The notes under the pieces: generated by a model | Seen by the model: only the letters and a program-made list of their open reading frames with translations | The model's database searches: none | Told to the model about the DNA's origin: nothing | Part shown: positions 35,405 through 41,843 of the stretch, piece after piece | How the letters are laid out: each line of letters starts with the position of its first letter | Position numbering within the stretch: the first letter of the stretch is position 1 | Made by a program: the position numbers and the translations under genes | Assembly (NCBI GenBank): GCA_902384455.1 | Contig: CABMCB010000069.1 | Coordinates: 1 to 41,843 of the forward strand | DNA length: 41,843 nucleotides | Reading direction: 5' to 3' | Origin: an uncultured archaeon | Lineage (GTDB): Archaea; Altiarchaeota; Altiarchaeia; IMC4; SCGC-AAA252-I15

Positions 35405-36208
35405 ATGCCAACATTCGACGAAAAATCTATTGTCAGTGCAGAACGCAACCCGAAGATACACAGGCCGGTCTTCCACGGAACGAGGAAGGCAAAGACCTGG
35501 GTGGCGAAGAGGGTCACCGGTGCCAGACGACTGGTCACCAACCCCAAGAAGGCCCTCCTGCCCCCGACGAAGGACCTTGAGCACTTGCCCAAGGCCAACG
35601 TCTACACCGTCGCGTCGACGATTTTTGGCGCGTTCGCAACCGGCGGAACCGGCGCGGGCTTCATGTTCCTCGCCGATGCGGTCGCTGGCCTCGCAAAGGC
35701 CAACACTCAGAGTCCCTTCTACGAGCCAGTCCGTGACGTCGTCCGGCTTGCTGGCGAAGGCATCCTGGGTCTCTCGATATATCCGTTCGCCGCGGCCAAG
35801 ATAACCGGCGACAAGGACATCGGGAAGGCCATGTGGCTCGGCGGCACCATCCTCACAGGCGTCGACCTGGGAGTGACGGTGTTCAAGTACGTCCTCAAGG
35901 GCGTCAACGCTGTCCGCAACAAGTCCATGCCAACCGAGGCACCGGCCCCGACCGCCGCGCAGGCGGGAATGGCCCTGGTCGGCCTCAGTGGACTCGCCGC
36001 ACTGGTCAAGGGCTATGGCACCGTCGCCACGCCCGAGAACAACCAGACGACACCCACCCCGGAGAACCTTGCCGGGATGGACGAACTCGCGCTCCTCGAA
36101 CAGGAGAAGAAGAAGTTCGAGGAACTGTCCGGCATCATGAAGGGTGTCGGCGGAAGCGGGACCCTCGTCGGCGGCGTCAACCAGCGCTCCGGGACCTTGA
36201 CCAGGTAA
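35405..36208 (+). CDS. Putative virion membrane protein (multi-TM) with basic NP-containing N-terminus
   Basis: About three Gly/Ala-rich hydrophobic segments; immediately upstream of the putative MCP. Confidence 0.8.
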   Translation: MPTFDEKSIVSAERNPKIHRPVFHGTRKAKTWVAKRVTGARRLVTNPKKALLPPTKDLEHLPKANVYTVASTIFGAFATGGTGAGFMFLADAVAGLAKANTQSPFYEPVRDVVRLAGEGILGLSIYPFAAAKITGDKDIGKAMWLGGTILTGVDLGVTVFKYVLKGVNAVRNKSMPTEAPAPTAAQAGMALVGLSGLAALVKGYGTVATPENNQTTPTPENLAGMDELALLEQEKKKFEELSGIMKGVGGSGTLVGGVNQRSGTLTR

Positions 36209-36314
36209 GACCTGGTCGGCATCACCAAGGCGTAATTCAGTAATCCCAGTCAACCGCCATACGGCGGATGATATGAACGGGTCAACATACCCGTCGAGTA
36301 GGAGGTCGAAAACT

Positions 36315-36935
36315 ATGTCTCCCCCAAACACGGTCAGGAACCAGTTGCAGGTCTATCGGGCGGCCAACGCTCAGATGGAGAATGCACTGGGCAACCAGGC
36401 ACTTGCCAAGAAGGCGGTCGTGGCTCAACAGATGTCCGACTCACTCTGGACTGACCCTGTAAGCCAGGAGGTTTATCTGAGGTACCCGATAACGTTGACG
36501 AAGAACACCAGCGGTGTGACCACCGCCATCAGCGTTGCGGGCCAGAAGGTAGCCATCTGGTACTACACGGTTACCCAGGGGGTCGAACTCCAGTTCCTCA
36601 TGGACGAGCCTCAGCACTACATCGGTGGCGCGGTCAAGGACAGCGTCTCATCCGATGTGGATGACTACGAGGCCGCTGTCGAGGTCTGGGACCAGTTCGA
36701 GCGCGACTTCAGGGGCACGGTGTGGGTCGGAACCACAACTGAGATAAACGATTCCGCCACCTACAGGCAGAACGGCCACCCCCTGTGCTACAACGGTGAC
36801 AAGGAGGTACGGGCCATAATGGGCGACAAGGTAATGCTCAAGATTACCACGCCGTCCGGTGGGTCCGTTATCAACACCGGCACCAGCACCTTCTCGCTGA
36901 GGGCATACCACCTCATCCTCAAGAGGTCCGGGTAA
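36315..36935 (+). CDS. Putative single-jelly-roll major capsid protein
   Basis: Strong AGGAGGT RBS; beta-strand pattern (IWYYTVxxG, GDKVMLKITTP.G..IN...STFSL) reminiscent of Halopanivirales-type SJR capsid proteins; flanked by hairpins and membrane proteins. CDS certain, function inferred. Confidence 0.6.
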   Translation: MSPPNTVRNQLQVYRAANAQMENALGNQALAKKAVVAQQMSDSLWTDPVSQEVYLRYPITLTKNTSGVTTAISVAGQKVAIWYYTVTQGVELQFLMDEPQHYIGGAVKDSVSSDVDDYEAAVEVWDQFERDFRGTVWVGTTTEINDSATYRQNGHPLCYNGDKEVRAIMGDKVMLKITTPSGGSVINTGTSTFSLRAYHLILKRSG

Positions 36936-37023
36936 GCCTTTAGTCAGGTGCACCAACCCCAGCGCAACCCCAACGGCAACAGAGCGTAGTGGTCTGCTAT
37001 GAAAGACCACACCTTGAACACCT

Positions 37024-37055
37024 CCGCCGGGTCCGTCGCAAGATGGACTCGGCGG
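37024..37055 (+). terminator. 14-bp GNRA-capped hairpin after the putative MCP gene
   Basis: CCGCCGGGTCCGTC-GCAA-GATGGACTCGGCGG with two G-U pairs. Confidence 0.6.
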
Positions 37056-37080
37056 TTGTACTTTACCCAGATGTGAAAGT

Positions 37081-37284
37081 ATGCCTCTCGTGAAGAACCC
37101 GGACCTAATGCAGTTGGGCGCTTTCAGTCTGGCCGACGTCGACCCGACGCCTCCCGCTCCACCGGCGACCACACAAGAGTCGAAACCGAAGATACCCCCG
37201 GAGCGAATAGGGTTCGTTCTCGGCTTCATAACGGGTGTCAGTGTAATAGGCATCCTATGGGCACGAGCATCACTATCCAAATAA
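37081..37284 (+). CDS. Small tail-anchored membrane protein
   Basis: MPLVKNP start, Pro-rich linker, C-terminal TM. Confidence 0.75.
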   Translation: MPLVKNPDLMQLGAFSLADVDPTPPAPPATTQESKPKIPPERIGFVLGFITGVSVIGILWARASLSK

Positions 37285-37291
37285 TTAGAAG

Positions 37292-38395
37292 GTGGACATA
37301 ATGGAAAATATATTCAAGAAAAAGACCCAGGAGACGGAACTGCGTAGCCTCGGGGACTTACACTCCGACCTTGTCAGCGAACGCCCCGTGGCGGTCGAGC
37401 AGACAATGAGCCTCCTGCGCGTCATGTCTCACGATTATCAACTCCCGGAAGTTCTACACAGCATCCGGTCGGAGCCTCCACAGAGGTCCGGTATGGGAAC
37501 CTTGATAGGACGCACCGAGAGGATGGGGTCTCTTTTCAACAGTTACTTCGCGGGATACAGCATCAACAGCGGCACGGGTCCGCAACCAACCGACACTCGC
37601 GGCATGAAGACCAACGACCCAGCGGTCTTCCAGATAACGAAGGGTCACGCCGAAGGTGCCGGTAATGAAGGCGAAGTCTCCCTGAAACATAAGGGTGACA
37701 CGGCGGTCCTCGGAAGCAAAACCTATCCTACAGCATGGAGGGTCATCAGGCGCCACAGGGACAAGGATTGGAAAGGCTCCTGGAACGCATGGACGACCAG
37801 TTGGGACAAGACCTATACGCTGAACCCTGGTGAGACACAGAGCATCGTGTGTGACGAGTCTGACAGCGGGGAAGATGTTGATATCTACATCACGCTCCTA
37901 AGCGTCGGTAAGACACAAGAAGAGGTCGATGTTGTCACAAAGGATAAGGCCGACGCAGACCAGGCTCTCGCCAACGCTAACGCTCAACTCACGGCTCTTA
38001 AGGCGAAAGGTGGCGACACGACAGCGGTCGTTAAACTCGTCACCGCCGCAAAGGACGCCTACGCCAAGGCCGATTATCCAACGGCCACGAGTTCGGCAAA
38101 GCAGGCAACATCAATCGCCATCGACGCAATCGCGCTCATTGACAAGAACGCCCTCGACGCCCAGAAGGCCCAGGTCGTCAACGACCCATCGCTGACCGCT
38201 CAACAGAAGGCGGACATGGTCAAGAACATCGAAGACCAGAAAGCGAAGGTCGACATCAACGCAACAACGGCCAAGGAACAGACTGGTGCCCCGAAGTTCG
38301 TTCTTGGGCTAAACCTCCCGACGGTGATAATCTTCGGGACAATCTTCACAGTCATCGGCGGCATAGTTGCTGTCGTGGCGTCAAAGAAGAAATGA
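37292..38395 (+). CDS. Tail-anchored virion protein (beta domain + helical stalk + TM + KKK)
   Basis: C-terminal hydrophobic helix followed by a basic end. Confidence 0.82.
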   Translation: MDIMENIFKKKTQETELRSLGDLHSDLVSERPVAVEQTMSLLRVMSHDYQLPEVLHSIRSEPPQRSGMGTLIGRTERMGSLFNSYFAGYSINSGTGPQPTDTRGMKTNDPAVFQITKGHAEGAGNEGEVSLKHKGDTAVLGSKTYPTAWRVIRRHRDKDWKGSWNAWTTSWDKTYTLNPGETQSIVCDESDSGEDVDIYITLLSVGKTQEEVDVVTKDKADADQALANANAQLTALKAKGGDTTAVVKLVTAAKDAYAKADYPTATSSAKQATSIAIDAIALIDKNALDAQKAQVVNDPSLTAQQKADMVKNIEDQKAKVDINATTAKEQTGAPKFVLGLNLPTVIIFGTIFTVIGGIVAVVASKKK

Positions 38396-38405
38396 GAGGA
38401 CACAC

Positions 38406-39053
38406 ATGCCCCTGCTAAGAGACTTTCAGAAGTTCGAGTCGTTGGTCAAGGGATTCGGACCAGGGGAAACTCAAGCACTTTTACCGAAGTATATTGAAGG
38501 AAGTTACGCTTACGACCCAATGTCCGGACAGGAATCTGCCACCATCGAGACGAGGCCCGGTCCTAACGGTCAGGTCGCGCACCTTACCCTCAAAGGCGGT
38601 CCGAACGGTGCCAAATTCAGGATAGACAAGTTCGTGGGAAAGATTGGTGACTCCATCCCTGCACAAACTGTCTATATTACTGTACCAGCGAATAAGACGC
38701 AGACCATCGGGACCGGACCGATAAACGAACCGGGAGCATCGACATCATTACCGAAAGGATATCAATGTGCTTACAAGATAAGCCTCGTAGACACGTTTTA
38801 CAAGGCGCCATCGCCGGTAACTCCGACCACACAACCGGCAACAACGGAGTCCAAGCCTAACAACGCGCAACCCCCGGCGTCTGAGCCGACCGCGCTCACG
38901 AACAGCACGACGGCGACTCCGAACACGATGGACAACTTCCGGGCGTTCATGGTCAAAGAATCAATACCGAGAGTTCCCAACTACATCCCAGTCACCATAG
39001 TTATCGGCGGCATCGTAGCCGTCATAGGCGTGGTCGCCACGAGGAAGAAGTGA
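38406..39053 (+). CDS. Tail-anchored virion protein
   Basis: GAGAGGA RBS; P/T linker; IPRVPNYIP-TM-RKK. Confidence 0.82.
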   Translation: MPLLRDFQKFESLVKGFGPGETQALLPKYIEGSYAYDPMSGQESATIETRPGPNGQVAHLTLKGGPNGAKFRIDKFVGKIGDSIPAQTVYITVPANKTQTIGTGPINEPGASTSLPKGYQCAYKISLVDTFYKAPSPVTPTTQPATTESKPNNAQPPASEPTALTNSTTATPNTMDNFRAFMVKESIPRVPNYIPVTIVIGGIVAVIGVVATRKK

Positions 39054-39058
39054 TATAA

Positions 39059-39637
39059 ATGACCCTAACAAAAGGATTTCCAGTGTTAGCAGACTTCGCG
39101 GACCTGTCTGGGAACCTGACCGACCACATCGATAAACCCAACTCTTCATACATACCGGTTCCGGGCAACGGTAACATGGTCGTCCTACAGGCGACACAAC
39201 CGGGAAGCAAAATCGCCACGCCCCGCGACCGCCTGAACCTCTTCGGTGGTCCCAAGGGTATTCGCATCAAGAGACAGGAATTTTCGAAGGCCAGCGAACC
39301 CATCGGCGAACCGGACTACTGGAATGTCCCGCCCAATGGCAGGAATGTTTTTGGCCCGAAAACTGCAACACCGGATGGTCGAAGCACAACTGTCGTACTC
39401 GTCTCTGAGGACCTGACTCCTGTCACGCCAGCGATTACGCCGAAGACCCCAGAGACAACGAAGACTACGCCTCCGACACCGCCGGTCGAGCAGTCAACAG
39501 CGGCTCCGAGTGCGTGGGCACAGTTCAAAGTCATGATGATAAGTCAGGCAATCCCTGGCGTCCCGAACTATGTACCAACGGTGGTTACCGTAGGAGGTAT
39601 CATTGCCGTCGTGGCCTACTTGGCCCTAAAGAAGTAG
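39059..39637 (+). CDS. Tail-anchored virion protein (anchor paralogous to the previous gene)
   Basis: P/T linker; IPGVPNYVP-TM-KK. Confidence 0.82.
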   Translation: MTLTKGFPVLADFADLSGNLTDHIDKPNSSYIPVPGNGNMVVLQATQPGSKIATPRDRLNLFGGPKGIRIKRQEFSKASEPIGEPDYWNVPPNGRNVFGPKTATPDGRSTTVVLVSEDLTPVTPAITPKTPETTKTTPPTPPVEQSTAAPSAWAQFKVMMISQAIPGVPNYVPTVVTVGGIIAVVAYLALKK

Positions 39638-39703
39638 ACTACGGAGCAGTGATATCACCGGTAACCCCATAAGTCCTGCCGCGGCAGGGGTGAAGGTGGA
39701 AGC

Positions 39704-40591
39704 ATGTCGCCTCCGAAGATTTATAAAACACCAGAGCAGATAGAAGAGGAAGAGCGCCTGAAGCAGGAACTTGAGATAGAGAAAGCCAAATTTTCTCAAC
39801 TCGCAAAGGGCGGTACGGCCCGTAGCGATAAGAAGCAGGCGGACAAGGTCAAGAGAGAATTTTCCGACAGCGCTCCACTCAGAGACGCATACGTCCAGGA
39901 CGATGTCGAAGCGATGCAGGGAAAGAGGGCGTTATCGGTCGTTAGTCGTGACCCCGCGTTCCCTACTGGTCACAACAAGAAATACGAGCGCCACGCAACC
40001 ATACCCGGAGGCGTCAAGGAACGACAGGTCCCGATGCGCGGGACTTCAGAAGGCGTTCTCACGAACGACGACCTCACACAATACAGCATCCTTCTGAGCG
40101 GCAACGACTTCGTTGTCGTAAGCGGCGCGGTCGCGGTCGCCATCGTCCCAATCAAGGCACCGACGATGGGCAAACTGGTCCGAGTGCAGATGGCGACAAA
40201 CGTCGCGCTCAACACCCTTGCCGGGATGAAGGGGTGCATCTCGCTCTCACAGAGGTCGGTCATCGCCAGCGCCGCCGGATACGCCGCGTACATAGCAGGC
40301 GGGTTCAGTCAGTTCATCTTCTTGACACAGCAGGCGTTCACACCCAACATCGTCATGGATGTGAGCACCGCACAGGTTCTCTATGACAGAATCCACGAGA
40401 AGCCGATACCCTACGAGAACATGGACGATGCCCCTCCAAGGGCGGCGGGATGGACAGCGGCTCAGGTGGCCAAGAACCAGGCTATCTACCTCATAATCGT
40501 CGTCAACAAGGCCCAGGCGTCGCTTCCGGTCACGAAGTTCCTCGAGTTCACAATCTGGACACAAGAGGTAGTGTCGAACGGTGTCGGTTAG
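39704..40591 (+). CDS. Putative structural protein (charged N-terminus, beta-rich C-domain)
   Basis: Long ORF in the morphogenesis block. Confidence 0.75.
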   Translation: MSPPKIYKTPEQIEEEERLKQELEIEKAKFSQLAKGGTARSDKKQADKVKREFSDSAPLRDAYVQDDVEAMQGKRALSVVSRDPAFPTGHNKKYERHATIPGGVKERQVPMRGTSEGVLTNDDLTQYSILLSGNDFVVVSGAVAVAIVPIKAPTMGKLVRVQMATNVALNTLAGMKGCISLSQRSVIASAAGYAAYIAGGFSQFIFLTQQAFTPNIVMDVSTAQVLYDRIHEKPIPYENMDDAPPRAAGWTAAQVAKNQAIYLIIVVNKAQASLPVTKFLEFTIWTQEVVSNGVG

Positions 40592-40616
40592 ACACTGTTA
40601 TTCGGAGGGATGTAAA

Positions 40617-41240
40617 ATGGAACGACCATCAACGCAAGAAGACGACCTGATTGGGGACCACTCCCTATCCGGCCCACTGAGCGGCTACACGATAGCGGGT
40701 GTGCAGGACATCACGCCGCACACCGGGATATCGACGCAGACCGAGAGTGAGGCCGAGCCAATCATCGCCCTCCCGGCTAACACCAACATCTCGGCTATCA
40801 AAGCCAACTTCACCGGTGGCAACCTCTTAATCCAGTACTGGGACCAGACGCTCAACGCCGGTCTCGGTGACTGGGTGACCGTTGCTACACTTGTCAACGT
40901 CACGAAGGCGAAGGTGACGGCCAAGATGTGCCTCAACGACTCTTCGGCGCCACTGGCGTCCTGGGGCGCTCAGGCGGGCACGGGTGACGCCCTAATCGCC
41001 GGGTGGTATGAACTGAACTCCCAGTCGGGCGTCAACGCAAGGATGATAGGCGCACCACAGAGGATACTGAAGGACAACATTGGGTCGACACCGATGGTCA
41101 TCACCGATGAGGGCACCGTCATAATGCTCGAGTCCTTGCCAATTACAAGGACAGCGGTCCTACAGATAACATCGTCCAAGGCAATGACGGTGTTGCCCGC
41201 GCAGATACCCATCGAAATCAGCGTGGAGGTCCTTGCATAA
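40617..41240 (+). CDS. Putative structural protein (beta-rich; penton/spike candidate)
   Basis: GGAGGG RBS before ATG 40617; function inferred from context only. Confidence 0.7.
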   Translation: MERPSTQEDDLIGDHSLSGPLSGYTIAGVQDITPHTGISTQTESEAEPIIALPANTNISAIKANFTGGNLLIQYWDQTLNAGLGDWVTVATLVNVTKAKVTAKMCLNDSSAPLASWGAQAGTGDALIAGWYELNSQSGVNARMIGAPQRILKDNIGSTPMVITDEGTVIMLESLPITRTAVLQITSSKAMTVLPAQIPIEISVEVLA

Positions 41241-41252
41241 GGAGGTGTCAAT

Positions 41253-41753
41253 ATGTCTGAAATGTCCATAAATCTCAAGACGGGAGCGGTCGATATCATA
41301 GCCATGAAAAAGATGTCCGACGAGAAGTTGGCGGGAATGGCCGAGGCTCTGGGAATCGACCCGAGTAAGTTCGAGACGCAAGAGGCCCTGCTCGAGTGCA
41401 TCCGTGTGGTCACACAAACACACGCGGGCGTGACGGACATCCAGGAGAAGCAGAGGAACATCGATGCCCCTGAAATCGTCGCACTCGAAGAGATAGCCTG
41501 TGAGGCCGAACACCTCATAGACACCGGCGAGACCGACCAACAGGGACGTCCGATTCACAGGTGCAGGCTCCGACCGAACATGACCTGGGTCGGGGACAAC
41601 GGGTGCGTCGACTGTCATCAGATATATGACAAGACAACTCGGGAACAGAGAGACGCCATAATCAAGAAACACGAAGGACAGGAGACCGACAAGGTCGAGG
41701 AATCACCGGTGGGGGTAGCCGTTGACATCTTTAAAGCGTCGAATAAGAAATGA
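41253..41753 (+). CDS. Hypothetical protein with Cys/His motif
   Basis: AAGGAGGT RBS; C..H...HRC...CVDCH. Confidence 0.78.
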   Translation: MSEMSINLKTGAVDIIAMKKMSDEKLAGMAEALGIDPSKFETQEALLECIRVVTQTHAGVTDIQEKQRNIDAPEIVALEEIACEAEHLIDTGETDQQGRPIHRCRLRPNMTWVGDNGCVDCHQIYDKTTREQRDAIIKKHEGQETDKVEESPVGVAVDIFKASNKK

Positions 41754-41843
41754 GGTATTCCCCGTATGGGAAGTCACCAAAGCACGACCGTTCAATTTAA
41801 ATCCTGAACACGAGATAGAGGTGAAAGTTAAAAAACCGCTGGG

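Overview
This 41.8-kb window looks like most of the genome of an archaeal virus or provirus-like element, probably tailless and membrane-containing. The archaeal reading rests on TATA/BRE-type promoters, GGAGG/GAGGTGA ribosome-binding sites, and stand-alone TRAM, DUF2080-like, AbrB-like and Zn-ribbon proteins. The left ~23.4 kb is mostly on the minus strand and carries early and replication genes: an MT-A70 methyltransferase, an ASCH domain, a radical SAM protein, a PD-(D/E)XK nuclease, two SF2 helicases, a putative annealase/SSB pair and an AEP primase-SF3 helicase. A small plus-strand cassette of Cys-rich proteins interrupts it, behind a symmetric divergent promoter. The right ~18.3 kb is mostly on the plus strand. 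It holds an Asn-Pro (NP)-punctuated multidomain protein, a MoxR-AAA/HExxH-peptidase/vWA-like/acidic-protein module, a transglutaminase-like enzyme, a glycosyltransferase and a morphogenesis block with a probable single-jelly-roll major capsid protein and tail-anchored membrane proteins. The most interesting candidates are (1) the NP motif as a processing or cargo signal coupled to a degenerate MoxR-vWA module, (2) a membrane-anchored paralog of the capsid protein among the early genes, and (3) a hairpin RNA whose loop is antisense to the shared leader of several early genes. No integrase, terminase/portal, packaging ATPase or DNA polymerase was recognised. All family calls come from reading motifs by eye, not from database searches.
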